Shown: positions 1 through 9,721, counted from the first letter of the stretch. The stretch: DNA of 64,000 nucleotides from an uncultured Candidatus Berkelbacteria bacterium (GCA_903877885.1 CAIRFN010000007.1:111-64110); one strand, 5' to 3'. Numbers and translations: made by a program. Notes: generated by a model from the letters alone, not told the origin.

Positions 1-1083
1 ATGACAGTTAAAGATGAACTAAAGTCAAAATATGCGACCGAGCAATCGGACGAGCTTAAGGTTATTAAAGAAAAGTTAAAGTTTGAATCGGAAAAAAGAG
101 CCGAGGCCCAAAAAAAAGAATTGGATTTTATTCAAAAACAAAATGAACTCGAAGATAAATTAAAAAATCAGGAAATTGAAGTCGTCCGCCGCATTCAGGA
201 AGAAAAGAAAAACATTGAGGAAAAATTGCAAATCGAGCTGGAAGAAAAAAAGAACTTTGAAGTTTTAGAACTGCGCAAACAACTTGAAGATACTAAAAAA
301 TCCTTGTCGGAAGCCCAACGCAAGGCTCAACAAGGCTCAATGCAAACGCAAGGCGAAGTAATGGAGCTGGTTTTGCGTGATGCTTTGAAAGCCAAATTTA
401 AGTTTGATGAAATTGAGGATGTGGCTAAAGGCGCCAACGGCGCCGATATTATCCAGAAGGTTATGACTCAAAATGGCGAGCTGGCCGGCATTATCGCTTG
501 GGAATCCAAACAAACCAAAGCCTGGGTTGAGGATTGGGTCACTAAACTCAAAGATGACGGCCATCGCGTCAAAGCCAATTTGCTGGTTTTAGTGAGCAAC
601 GTCTTACCAAAAGAGATTGAGCATTTTGGACCATACAAAGGCATTTGGGTTGCTGATCATGCTTCAGCTTTGGGTATGGCTAGCGCGCTTCGCAACAATC
701 TCTTGTCGATTTATTCCGTCGCGCTCGCCAATGAAAACAGTCAAGACAAAGCGATGGTACTATACAAGCATCTGACCAGCCAAGCTTTTATTAATCGCGT
801 CCAATCAATTTCCGAAACGCATATTGCTATGATAACGGAACTATCTAAAGAAAAGCTGGCTATGGAGCGAATTTGGGTTTCAAGAGAAAAACAAATCGAA
901 AGACTCGGTGCCAACACTCGCCAGGTTTTTAATGAAATCGGCGGCATTGTTGGCGGCCAATATTCTGGTATTGAGATTTTAGAGGAATTGGCGAGTGAGG
1001 CTTTGCCAGAACCAGAATCTAACCAATCCAAAACTGGAAAACCGAAAAATCCCACTGACGAAATCCAAGCTAATTTGTTTTAA
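1..1083 (+). CDS. DUF2130-like coiled-coil protein with C-terminal putative nuclease-fold domain (probably 5'-truncated by window edge)
   Basis: Coiled-coil N-terminus then QGSMQTQGEVME...GANGADIIQ...IAWESKQTKAW..DW..KLK motifs typical of DUF2130. Confidence 0.8.
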   Translation: MTVKDELKSKYATEQSDELKVIKEKLKFESEKRAEAQKKELDFIQKQNELEDKLKNQEIEVVRRIQEEKKNIEEKLQIELEEKKNFEVLELRKQLEDTKKSLSEAQRKAQQGSMQTQGEVMELVLRDALKAKFKFDEIEDVAKGANGADIIQKVMTQNGELAGIIAWESKQTKAWVEDWVTKLKDDGHRVKANLLVLVSNVLPKEIEHFGPYKGIWVADHASALGMASALRNNLLSIYSVALANENSQDKAMVLYKHLTSQAFINRVQSISETHIAMITELSKEKLAMERIWVSREKQIERLGANTRQVFNEIGGIVGGQYSGIEILEELASEALPEPESNQSKTGKPKNPTDEIQANLF

Positions 1084-1090
1084 CCTTCCT

Positions 1091-1130
1091 TGTCATTCCA
1101 GACCGGCGGGCCGTAGGATCTGGAATCCAG
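1091..1130 (+). repeat. TGTCAT-tagged palindromic repeat, subtype A (left flank of GIY-YIG gene)
   Basis: TGTCATTCCAGACCGGCGGGCCGTAGGATCTGGAATCCAG; ATTCCAGA/TCTGGAAT stem. Confidence 0.95.
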
Positions 1131-1137
1131 AATTTAA

Positions 1138-1425
1138 ATGAATACATATTATGTTTATATTTTAGCAAGTGATAAAAATGGTACACTTTATATTGGCGTA
1201 ACAAACAATTTGATTCGGCGAATTTATGAACATAAAAATAAACTAGCTGATGGTTTTACAAAGAAATATAATATCGAGCAGTTAGTTTACTTTGAGCAAA
1301 CAACAGATATTGAATCAGCAATAATAAGAGAAAAACAATTGAAAGCCTGGAATCGAAAATGGAAGTTGGATATAATCGAAAAAAATAATCCTAATTGGGA
1401 TGACTTGTATTTAAAAATTCTTTAA
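1138..1425 (+). CDS. Stand-alone GIY-YIG nuclease (YhbQ/UPF0213-related, 95 aa)
   Basis: YYVYIL...TLYIGVTNNLIRRIYEHK...AIIREKQLK.W.R.WK..IIEKNNP.W.DL. Confidence 0.95.
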   Translation: MNTYYVYILASDKNGTLYIGVTNNLIRRIYEHKNKLADGFTKKYNIEQLVYFEQTTDIESAIIREKQLKAWNRKWKLDIIEKNNPNWDDLYLKIL

Positions 1426-1465
1426 CTGGATTCCAGATCCTGACGCCGTCCGGTCTGGAATGACA
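1426..1465 (-). repeat. TGTCAT-tagged palindromic repeat, subtype A (right flank, inverted)
   Basis: CTGGATTCCAGATCCTGACGCCGTCCGGTCTGGAATGACA begins at the base after the GIY-YIG stop codon. Confidence 0.95.
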
Positions 1466-1481
1466 CTAAAATCATTACAAA

Positions 1482-1520
1482 TAGATTCCAGATCAAGGTT
1501 GACACCTGTCTGGAATGACA
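1482..1520 (-). repeat. TGTCAT-tagged palindromic repeat, subtype A
   Basis: TAGATTCCAGATCAAGGTTGACACCTGTCTGGAATGACA. Confidence 0.93.
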
Positions 1521-1534
1521 AAATAAATTCACTA

Positions 1535-2392
1535 ATGAAAAACATAATTAATTATCCAATAATTGATTTACATGTTCACCTGCGAGATAAGGTTAGTTTT
1601 TATAGCAAACAAGCTAAATATTCCGGTTTATCAATTTTAGCTTGTATGCCAAACACTAATCCTTGTTTAGATAATTTAGAAACAATTAAACAATATTTAC
1701 TAGTTAAAAACTACACCAAAATAATCCCAGTTAGCGCAATCACGCTTGGTCGAAAAGGAAAAGAGTTAGTTAATATTGATAAGCTAAAAAAGCATGTCTT
1801 GGGCTTTTCCGACGATGGTGATTGTTTAATGAATCTAGATTTGGTTAAAGAAGCTCTGGACAAAGATGTTTTACTGATGGTCCATTTAGAACCAGAAGTT
1901 GAAATGACCCGAAAATATCTCCAAGTCTTATCTAAGGTTAAGTCTGGCCGATTACATATTCAACACGTGAGTCAAAAAGAAACAGTGGATTTAATTCGCA
2001 AAGCAAAGAAAAAGGGACTTTCTGTTACTTGCGAAACTTGTCCACATTACTTTACATTTGATAATGAAATTGAGGACAAAGCAGTTAATCCGCCATTAGG
2101 AAATAGTCAGGATATTAAAGCAATCAAAAAAGGCCTAGCTGATGGTACAATCGATTGTATTGTTTCCGATTTTGCGCCTGTTCCTAGACCTAAAAATACC
2201 GGTTTTGCTTCGTTTGATGCTTTTATCTGGCTAAGTTATGGTTTAGTTTTAGAAAGAACTCTTACGCCACAGCAATTAAAAGAAAAATTATATTTAAATC
2301 CGATGAAAATTATCAAACAAAATTTAAATCCAGAAATACTGGATTCCAGACCTGACGGCGTCAGGATCTGGAATGACAACAATAACCTATGA
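1535..2392 (+). CDS. pyrC: Dihydroorotase-like amidohydrolase (short form)
   Basis: IDLHVHLR, MPNTNP, GFSDDG, HIQHVS, TCETCPHY, VNPPL motifs; start moved to ATG 1535 because the ORF-track N-terminus is translated repeat. Confidence 0.75.
   Translation: MKNIINYPIIDLHVHLRDKVSFYSKQAKYSGLSILACMPNTNPCLDNLETIKQYLLVKNYTKIIPVSAITLGRKGKELVNIDKLKKHVLGFSDDGDCLMNLDLVKEALDKDVLLMVHLEPEVEMTRKYLQVLSKVKSGRLHIQHVSQKETVDLIRKAKKKGLSVTCETCPHYFTFDNEIEDKAVNPPLGNSQDIKAIKKGLADGTIDCIVSDFAPVPRPKNTGFASFDAFIWLSYGLVLERTLTPQQLKEKLYLNPMKIIKQNLNPEILDSRPDGVRIWNDNNNL
2339..2378 (-). repeat. TGTCAT-tagged palindromic repeat, subtype A, inside the 3' end of the dihydroorotase ORF
   Basis: CTGGATTCCAGACCTGACGGCGTCAGGATCTGGAATGACA, read in frame as LDSRPDGVRIWND. 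Confidence 0.93.
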
Positions 2393-5300
2393 TCAACAAA
2401 AAATTTATAACTGAATTTAAGAAACTCAATGACCATCAGCGCGAAGCGGTGGAAGCAATTGAAGGACCGGTGATGGTAATTGCCGGGCCCGGCACCGGCA
2501 AGACTCAAATCTTGGCTATGCGGATTGCCAATATTTTAAAAGAAGCTCAAGTTGATGCCGGCAATATTTTGTGTCTTACCTTTACCAACTCCGGTGTTTG
2601 GGCTATGCGAAAAAGACTACTAGAAATTATTGGTCCGGCCAGCTACAAAGTCCATGTCCACACATATCATTCTTTTTGCAATGAAGTCATCCAAACTTTT
2701 CCGGAAAAATTCCTATTTAGCCGCAATTTGGAACAAATTAACGACTTGGACCAAATTCTAACCATTAAAAAGATTTTAGATGAAAATAATTTTCAAAGAA
2801 TTAAAACCCTTAAAGCGCCGTATTATTATCAATCAGCCATCTTGCAATCAATTAATAGCTTAAAGCAAGAAAATATCAGCCCGCAGTTTTTTAAGAAAAT
2901 TGTTCAAAAAGAAATTAAGACCATCGATCAAATTGAAGATCTCTATCACGACAAAGGTCCGAATAAGGGCAAGATTAAGGCTAAGTATGTGGACCTGAAA
3001 GATCAATTGGAAAAAAACTTGGAGCTGGCCGAGGCTTACAAGCTCTATAATTTAGCACTTCAAAAAAACGGTCAATACGATTACGCCGATATGATCTTGT
3101 ACGTTGTTCGTGAACTAAGTAAAGACCAGGAACTTTTGAGTTATTATCAGGAAAAATTTCAGTATTTTTTAGTTGATGAATATCAAGACACCAACAGCGC
3201 TCAAAATGAAATCGTTCGGCTTTTATCTAGCTTCTACGATGAGCCAAACCTTTTTGTGGTTGGCGACGATGAGCAATCAATCTTTCGTTTTCAAGGCGCG
3301 GCCTTGGAAAACATTTTGGAGTTTATGAGCTTACATCCGAATGCTAAAAAGATTGTTTTAGAAGAAAACTATCGGTCGGGTCAACAGATTCTGGATGCAT
3401 CAAGAAGCCTGATTAAAAATAATCAAAAACAGATTTTCAGTGTTTTAAAGATCGATAAACATCTTGTTAGCACTAAAGCGATTGAGTCTAAAATCAACCT
3501 GGCTCAGTTTAGTTCCGATCAAACCGAAAATTTTTTCATTGCCAAGGAAATTAAAAAATTACTCAAGAAAAACATTGACCCAGCCGAAATCGCTTGTATC
3601 TACAAAGAACATCGCGATGCTACCGCTTTAGCCGAAACTTTAGCTAAAAGTAAAATTCCATACTCGCAAAACAATTCTGATAATATTTTGCTTGATCCAG
3701 ACACACAAAAGATTATCAACATGCTTAAAATCGTTGCAAATGCCGACACCGAACTTTTGTTTGAAATAATGCATTATCCTTTTTTTAAGCTTAATAAACT
3801 GGATATTTACCGACTGGCTAATTTGGCTTACAAAAACAAAACCAGTATTTTTAAAACAATGGTTGATCTTAAGAAAGAGGATTTGGCCCTGCCGGCAAAT
3901 CGTAAAAAAACTTTAACCAAATTCATTAACTTGATTTTGACTAGCTCGAGTAATTTTTCCAATCTGACTTTTGCCGCCGCTTTTGAGGTTTTGGTTAACT
4001 CGAGCGGCTATTTAAATTACTTACTTAAACTCCCGGACGCGCCGATTAAACTCAATCGCTTAAAATCACTCTTTGATGAAGTTAAAACCATTAACACTAA
4101 AAATGCCAATTTGAATCTCAAAGGTTTTTTAAACTACCTTAACGAGCTGGAAGAAAATAATTTGAAGATTATGGAACGACCGATGGAGGCGGATTTTCAT
4201 GGTGTTAAATTAATGACTGCTCACCAGGCGAAAGGTTTGGAGTTTGAATATGTTTTTATGATTCATTTAACCGATAATCATTGGGGTAACAAAACGGCTC
4301 GCAAATTAATTAAACTGCCGGCCGGTTTACTGAAAATTGAAAATGATACAGATGAAAACGACGAAGAAGAACGCCGCTTGTTTTATGTTGGTCTAACCCG
4401 GGCTAAAAAAGATATTTATCTAACTTATGCCGATATTTATAATGAAAGCGCAAGTCCGACACTGCCGAGCAAATTTTTATCTGAAATCGAGCCGAAATAT
4501 TTGACTGACTTAAATGTAACTAAATACGAACAAAACTTTGTCGAAAGATTAAAAATCGAGTTAAAACCAAGTCTGCTGGCGCCAGCCAAAGACCTCAAAA
4601 AATACTTGGCAGAACTAGCCGAAAAATTTGTTTTAAGTGCCACCAGTTTTAACGCCTATTTGGATTGTCCACAAAAGTTTTTCTATAATCAATTTTTGAA
4701 AGTGCCGAAATTAAAAGATTTTAATCTTGCCTATGGTTCGGCTGTTCACTACGGTCTGGAACTGTTTTTTAAAAAACAAAAACAGGATTTTGCCTTGCCC
4801 TCAAAGAAGTTTTTACTTAACCAATTTAAGGTTGGCCTAAAACGGGAAATTCTTTCACTGGCCGAGCTTAAAAGAGCCTTACATTTGGGACGGAAGGTTT
4901 TGAGTGAATACTATGATTTTTATGCCGCCGACTGGACTCGCCACATTCCGATTGCCGCCGAATATAATTTTAGCTATCACAATGTTCATTTTGGTCCAAT
5001 TCCAATTACCGGAAAAATCGACAAGATCGAGCTTCTTGATAAAATCGGTAAATCTGTCAAAATCGTTGATTACAAAACTACCACGGCCAAAAGTCAAAAC
5101 TATTTACTGGGGCTTACCAAAGACGAAGATTTGTCCTATTTATATCAAGCTTTCTTTTACAAACTTTTGGCCGAAAATGATCCGTTGTTTGACTGGGTCA
5201 TTGCCGAAGTCGAGTTTGATTTTATTTCTTCGGACAAAGGCAAATTTACTAAAGTCAGTATTCCGATTGACCAAGCGGCCTATGAAGAATTTAAAAAACA

Positions 5301-5406
5301 GGTTGGGACTACTTATCATGACATTTTGGATTTGAAATTTTCGCCTGATTTAACCGCTTGCGCTAAGAGTCGCTACAAATGCGATTTTGAAAACCTGTGC
5401 CATTAG
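2389..5406 (+). CDS. UvrD/PcrA-family SF1 helicase fused to C-terminal PD-(D/E)XK nuclease (AdnAB/AddA-like)
   Basis: AGPGTGKT, LVDEYQD, VGDDEQSIFRFQGA, LEENYRS, MTAHQAKGLEF, EERRLFYVGLTRAK; C-terminal LSATS..YLDCP, GKIDKI, IVDYKT. Confidence 0.92.
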   Translation: MINKKFITEFKKLNDHQREAVEAIEGPVMVIAGPGTGKTQILAMRIANILKEAQVDAGNILCLTFTNSGVWAMRKRLLEIIGPASYKVHVHTYHSFCNEVIQTFPEKFLFSRNLEQINDLDQILTIKKILDENNFQRIKTLKAPYYYQSAILQSINSLKQENISPQFFKKIVQKEIKTIDQIEDLYHDKGPNKGKIKAKYVDLKDQLEKNLELAEAYKLYNLALQKNGQYDYADMILYVVRELSKDQELLSYYQEKFQYFLVDEYQDTNSAQNEIVRLLSSFYDEPNLFVVGDDEQSIFRFQGAALENILEFMSLHPNAKKIVLEENYRSGQQILDASRSLIKNNQKQIFSVLKIDKHLVSTKAIESKINLAQFSSDQTENFFIAKEIKKLLKKNIDPAEIACIYKEHRDATALAETLAKSKIPYSQNNSDNILLDPDTQKIINMLKIVANADTELLFEIMHYPFFKLNKLDIYRLANLAYKNKTSIFKTMVDLKKEDLALPANRKKTLTKFINLILTSSSNFSNLTFAAAFEVLVNSSGYLNYLLKLPDAPIKLNRLKSLFDEVKTINTKNANLNLKGFLNYLNELEENNLKIMERPMEADFHGVKLMTAHQAKGLEFEYVFMIHLTDNHWGNKTARKLIKLPAGLLKIENDTDENDEEERRLFYVGLTRAKKDIYLTYADIYNESASPTLPSKFLSEIEPKYLTDLNVTKYEQNFVERLKIELKPSLLAPAKDLKKYLAELAEKFVLSATSFNAYLDCPQKFFYNQFLKVPKLKDFNLAYGSAVHYGLELFFKKQKQDFALPSKKFLLNQFKVGLKREILSLAELKRALHLGRKVLSEYYDFYAADWTRHIPIAAEYNFSYHNVHFGPIPITGKIDKIELLDKIGKSVKIVDYKTTTAKSQNYLLGLTKDEDLSYLYQAFFYKLLAENDPLFDWVIAEVEFDFISSDKGKFTKVSIPIDQAAYEEFKKQVGTTYHDILDLKFSPDLTACAKSRYKCDFENLCH

Positions 5407-5443
5407 TCTTTAATATCTTAAAAATAACTGATAGAATGAATTT

Positions 5444-6322
5444 ATGAAGAAAAAGCAGAAAAAAACTTCGTTTAAACCCAGATGGTCTATTTTGGTTGTA
5501 GCACTGGCCATGATATTGTTTGGTTCGTTTTTGTTGTGGCAAAATTATCAAGCCATAAAAATTCCGATCCGGCAACTAAAACCAGAAAAAGCCATCGCTT
5601 TAAAATCAGCCGAACCGCAAATATCAGCTAGTCCAATTTCTAACCATAATAATTTAGAAAAATTCCAGGTTCCGATTTTAATGTATCATTATATTCGCGT
5701 CGCTGATCCGGCCGATACGATGGGTGTGGCTTTGTCAGTTACACCGGAAAACTTTGCTGCCCAAATGACTTGGCTTAGCCAAAACGATTACGAATCAATG
5801 AAATTGACTGATTTGGCTGACCCGGCTAAAACCGTTCTTCACAAAATCGAAGCCAAAAATAAAAAACCGATCATTATTACTTTTGATGATGGTTACGACA
5901 ATGCTTATACACAAGCCATGCCAATCCTTAAAAAACACGATTTTACTGGTACGTTTTTCATTATTCGCCATTTTGTCGGCCGACCGGAATATGCTACTCA
6001 AACTCAAATCGATCAAATGGCCAAAGCAAGTATGGAAATCGGCTCGCACACCTTGGACCATAAAGATTTGGCTAAAAATTCAATCGAAGTTGATCATCAA
6101 CAAATTTTTGATTCTAAGCTTGACGCCAACACTTTTTGCTATCCGTCAGGAAGATACACCGAAGAAACGGTTAATTTAGTTAAAGAAGCCGGCTATGTCG
6201 CGGCTGTCACTACCCGCGACGGCATCGCTAATCAAGACTCGAGTTTATTCGAATTACCCCGCGTCAGAATTAAAAATGTTGATTTAGAAACTTTTGCAAA
6301 TAGAGTTAAAGGTTTGAAGTAA
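5444..6322 (+). CDS. Membrane-anchored polysaccharide deacetylase (NodB/CE4)
   Basis: N-terminal TM; PILMYH, ITFDDGY, EIGSHTLDH, FCYPSG, ELPRVRI. Confidence 0.92.
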   Translation: MKKKQKKTSFKPRWSILVVALAMILFGSFLLWQNYQAIKIPIRQLKPEKAIALKSAEPQISASPISNHNNLEKFQVPILMYHYIRVADPADTMGVALSVTPENFAAQMTWLSQNDYESMKLTDLADPAKTVLHKIEAKNKKPIIITFDDGYDNAYTQAMPILKKHDFTGTFFIIRHFVGRPEYATQTQIDQMAKASMEIGSHTLDHKDLAKNSIEVDHQQIFDSKLDANTFCYPSGRYTEETVNLVKEAGYVAAVTTRDGIANQDSSLFELPRVRIKNVDLETFANRVKGLK

Positions 6323-6366
6323 ATAAACCACGGCCCACTTCCAGGGTGGGTTATAAGGTCAAAAAT

Positions 6367-7077
6367 ATGAAAATAATTTATGAAAATGACAATTATTTGG
6401 TGGTGGATAAACCAGCGGGAGTTTTGGTTCACCCAACCGCAGCCAATGAAACCAATACTTTGGTAGATTGGTTGTGCGACAGATATTCGGATTTTAAAAA
6501 CCAAGCTTGGGCTGAACCAATGCGCGCCGGTATTGTTCATCGACTGGATAAAGACACTTCCGGTTTGATTGTGCTGGCTAAAAATCCGGCGACTTTGGAG
6601 CGACTCCAAAATTTGTTCAAAAGTCGCGAAGTTCACAAAACCTACCAGGCACTAGTAGCTGGACATGCACCGGAAAAAGGCAAAGTTGATTTACCGATTA
6701 TCCGCGACAGCCAAAAAGATCTAATGCGGACTCAAGCGATGAGTTTTTCTTTTAGCCGTGGCACGGCCCGCGAAGCGGTCACAGAATATAAAACAATCGC
6801 AAGATATAAGTTTAAAAAAGATGAATTAAGTTTGGTTGAAGTCTATCCAGCGACTGGCCGCATGCATCAAATTCGCGTTCATCTAAAAAGCGATGGCTTT
6901 CCGCTCATCGGCGACCAACTCTATTTTAATAAACTGTCCAAACGCATTTCCAAGGAATTTAAATTTGATCGTCAGTTTTTGCATGCTGTCAGATTAGAAA
7001 TCGATGGCCAAACATTTGAGTCAGATTTAAGCGATGATTTAAAAGAAATTATAACCAAACTAAAGGTAATCGAATGA
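6367..7077 (+). CDS. RluA/RluD-family pseudouridine synthase
   Basis: VVDKPAG, VHRLDKDTSG, TGRMHQIRVH, IGDQLY. Confidence 0.93.
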   Translation: MKIIYENDNYLVVDKPAGVLVHPTAANETNTLVDWLCDRYSDFKNQAWAEPMRAGIVHRLDKDTSGLIVLAKNPATLERLQNLFKSREVHKTYQALVAGHAPEKGKVDLPIIRDSQKDLMRTQAMSFSFSRGTAREAVTEYKTIARYKFKKDELSLVEVYPATGRMHQIRVHLKSDGFPLIGDQLYFNKLSKRISKEFKFDRQFLHAVRLEIDGQTFESDLSDDLKEIITKLKVIE

Positions 7078-7643
7078 GCAAAATCTTTATCATTTCTGGT
7101 CCATCCGGTTGCGGAAAAGGCACGATTATCGATAAGCTTTTGCAAAATCAAGAGCTTAATTTGTACTGGGCTAAAAGTTATACCACTCGGCCCATTCGCG
7201 AATCGGACCGCAAAGAAAATAAATATCTTTTTACTACAGTTAAAGAATTTAAGGAAATTGAACGCCGCGGCGAGATTTTGGAGTCGAATTTGTATAATGG
7301 CAATTGGTACGGCACCTCGCGGATGGAAATTCAAAATGCTTTAAAAAAAGGGGTAAATGTTATTAAAGACATTGATGTTCACGGCGCAATGGCCTATACC
7401 AAAATGTTCCAAAATTTAGTTTTGATTTTTATCAAAAGCGATTTGGTTGATATTGAAACCAGATTACAAAATCGCCAGCAAAATTCCGAAGAAGAAATTC
7501 AAAATCGTTTAGCTGAAGCTATTAAAGAAATGGAATTTGCCAAACACTATGATTATGTCGTCGAAAACAAACAAAATCATTTGGACGAAGCAATCACAGA
7601 AATATCAAATATAATCAAAAAGGAAAATAATGAGAGAAATTAA
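7074..7643 (+). CDS. gmk: Guanylate kinase
   Basis: SGPSGCGKGT, SYTTRP.R, YNGNWYGT, DIDVHG. Confidence 0.93.
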   Translation: MSKIFIISGPSGCGKGTIIDKLLQNQELNLYWAKSYTTRPIRESDRKENKYLFTTVKEFKEIERRGEILESNLYNGNWYGTSRMEIQNALKKGVNVIKDIDVHGAMAYTKMFQNLVLIFIKSDLVDIETRLQNRQQNSEEEIQNRLAEAIKEMEFAKHYDYVVENKQNHLDEAITEISNIIKKENNERN

Positions 7644-8100
7644 CAGAGAAATTGTTTCAGCCGTAATTATTTCGAAGGATAATAAAATCTTTATGGGTCG
7701 TAGTGGCGACCAACGCGGCCAGGTTTATTCTGATTGTTGGCGAATTCCTGGTGGTGGTGTTGAAGAAGGTGAGGATCAAATCACTGCCTTAGATCGAGAA
7801 ATGATTGAAGAAACAGGAATTGATACTACAAAATATAATAAAGAATTAATTACTGATCAAAAATTTGGAAATTGCGAAAAATGCCTAAGAACGACCGGCG
7901 AAAAAGTTTTAGTTCATATGCATTTCTTTGATTATAAAATCACAATTGGCGATAAAGACGCCGATGAGATTGTATTAAAGCCAGTTGACGATGAATTTGA
8001 TGAAATTAAATGGTTTACTCCAGATGAAATTAAAAAATTAAAACTTTCCCCACCATCAATCGAATTATTTGAAGAGATGGGGATTATTTCAGGAGAATAA
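7630..8100 (+). CDS. NUDIX hydrolase
   Basis: Nudix box PGGGVEEGEDQITALDREMIEETG. Confidence 0.9.
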   Translation: MREINREIVSAVIISKDNKIFMGRSGDQRGQVYSDCWRIPGGGVEEGEDQITALDREMIEETGIDTTKYNKELITDQKFGNCEKCLRTTGEKVLVHMHFFDYKITIGDKDADEIVLKPVDDEFDEIKWFTPDEIKKLKLSPPSIELFEEMGIISGE

Positions 8101-8110
8101 ATAAATGACC

Positions 8111-8137
8111 TTTGATACACCTACGAGGTGTATCAAA
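8111..8137. repeat. Perfect 12-bp-arm palindrome with CACCT-N3-AGGTG core
   Basis: TTTGATACACCT-ACG-AGGTGTATCAAA; same 13-bp core reverse-complemented at 36976-36988. Confidence 0.8.
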
Positions 8138-8158
8138 TTGGTGACATAAAGGATTAAA

Positions 8159-8524
8159 ATGTTAAACGAAAAACAAATTGAACTTTTAAAAAATCAAAAA
8201 ACTGTTGTGCTAACAACATCAGACGCTGATAACCAACCTCGATCGGTTTTTGTTGAAGCCAGCATTGTTAGAAACGATAGTATTTTTATTACAGACAATC
8301 ATTTAGAAAAAACAATAGAAAATATCAAGCAAAATGAAAAAGTTTTTATTTTAGCTTACAAAGAAGATTACAGTTATATTGTTTATATCACTGGCACAAC
8401 AATTTATCATGACAATGGTAATATTCTTGAAGAAATTAAAAATCTCCCAGAAAATAAAAAATACAATCCAAAAAGCGTGATTGAAATAAAAATAAATAAG
8501 ATCGAAGAACCTTTTAATATTTAA
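8159..8524 (+). CDS. Pyridoxamine 5'-phosphate oxidase-like FMN-binding protein
   Basis: VLTTSDADNQPRS...KTIENIKQNEKV pattern. Confidence 0.75.
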   Translation: MLNEKQIELLKNQKTVVLTTSDADNQPRSVFVEASIVRNDSIFITDNHLEKTIENIKQNEKVFILAYKEDYSYIVYITGTTIYHDNGNILEEIKNLPENKKYNPKSVIEIKINKIEEPFNI

Positions 8525-8533
8525 GGAGCTAAC

Positions 8534-9100
8534 ATGGCTGAAGTAAAAGTTTTAATTGAAGGTTGGACCAATGCAGATACAAAAGCAGAGGGTGAAGACG
8601 AAACAACTTGTTGTACAACCTGTTTAATAACTGACGATAATTTAAAAATCGTCACTGATCCAGGCGTACTCGCTGACCAAAAAATTATGACCGATGCGCT
8701 CGCTAAAGAAAATTTAAGCGTCAATGATATTACTCACGTTTTCCTTACTCATTCTCACATCGACCATTATCGAAATATTGGAATGTTTCCAAATGCCAAA
8801 ACCGTGGAATATTGGGGACTTTGGGACGGCGCTAAAACTTGGGACCGACCTGAAAAACTATCTGATAATATCGATATTATCGAAACGCCTGGCCATAACT
8901 ATGATGGTTTATCGCTTATTGTTAATACTAATGAAGGTAAGGTTGCAATTGTGGGTGATGTTTGGTGGAAGGAGGATTATCCAGAAACCGATCCCTATGC
9001 TTCAGATCCAGAAAAACTCAATAAAAGTCGCAAAAAAGTTTTGGAATTAGCCAACTATATAATTCCTGGACATGGGAAGTTGTTTAAGGTGGAGAAGTAA
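8534..9100 (+). CDS. Metallo-beta-lactamase-fold hydrolase
   Basis: THSHIDH, TPGH, GD, PGH motifs. Confidence 0.9.
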   Translation: MAEVKVLIEGWTNADTKAEGEDETTCCTTCLITDDNLKIVTDPGVLADQKIMTDALAKENLSVNDITHVFLTHSHIDHYRNIGMFPNAKTVEYWGLWDGAKTWDRPEKLSDNIDIIETPGHNYDGLSLIVNTNEGKVAIVGDVWWKEDYPETDPYASDPEKLNKSRKKVLELANYIIPGHGKLFKVEK

Positions 9101-9102
9101 TC

Positions 9103-9636
9103 ATGCAAGAATATTTTGATGTTTTGGATGAAAATGGCAAGAAGACAGGACAGATAAAATTGCGGTCCGAGGTTCATCGTGACGGCGATTGGCACGCGGC
9201 AGTTCATATCTGGATTTTGAATTCTAACAATGAATTATTGATTCAAAAGCGATCACCAGAGAAGGACTCGCATCCTAACCTTTGGGATATTTCCGCCGCC
9301 GGCCATATTTCCGCTGGCCATGAAATTATCGATTCAGCTATTCGCGAAATCAATGAAGAACTTGGCCTAAATATTGAGCCATCAGAGTTAGAACATCTCT
9401 ATACCTACACTCAAAAACATACCCACGATGGTTTTAATAATAATCAACTGAATTATGTTTATCTTTTAAAAAAGGACCTTGATATCGATAAACTCGTTTT
9501 ACAAAAAGAAGAAGTTGCCGAAGTTAAATTTATTCCTTATCAAGAATTAGCAGTTTTATCAGCTAATGGCACGATGGTGCCACATCCTGAGGAACATCAA
9601 AAAATCCTTGAAGTTTTGAATGAAAGGTTTAAGTAA
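9103..9636 (+). CDS. NUDIX hydrolase, IPP-isomerase-like subfamily
   Basis: HRDGDWHAAVH, LIQKRS..K..HP..WD.SAAGH, REINEELG. Confidence 0.88.
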   Translation: MQEYFDVLDENGKKTGQIKLRSEVHRDGDWHAAVHIWILNSNNELLIQKRSPEKDSHPNLWDISAAGHISAGHEIIDSAIREINEELGLNIEPSELEHLYTYTQKHTHDGFNNNQLNYVYLLKKDLDIDKLVLQKEEVAEVKFIPYQELAVLSANGTMVPHPEEHQKILEVLNERFK

Positions 9637-9648
9637 TGAATTGAATGA

Positions 9649-9687
9649 TAGATTCCAGATCCTGCGGCCCGCCGGTCTGGAATGACA
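9649..9687 (-). repeat. TGTCAT-tagged palindromic repeat, subtype A
   Basis: Near-identical reverse complement of 1091-1130. Confidence 0.95.
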
Positions 9688-9721
9688 ATAATTATTTATA
9701 AAATAATATAAAAGGAGCTAA

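Noticed and set aside
1460-1534. N-terminal extension of dihydroorotase in the ORF track
   Set aside because: It is translated repeat sequence. ATG 1535 places the DLHVH motif at a normal distance from the start.
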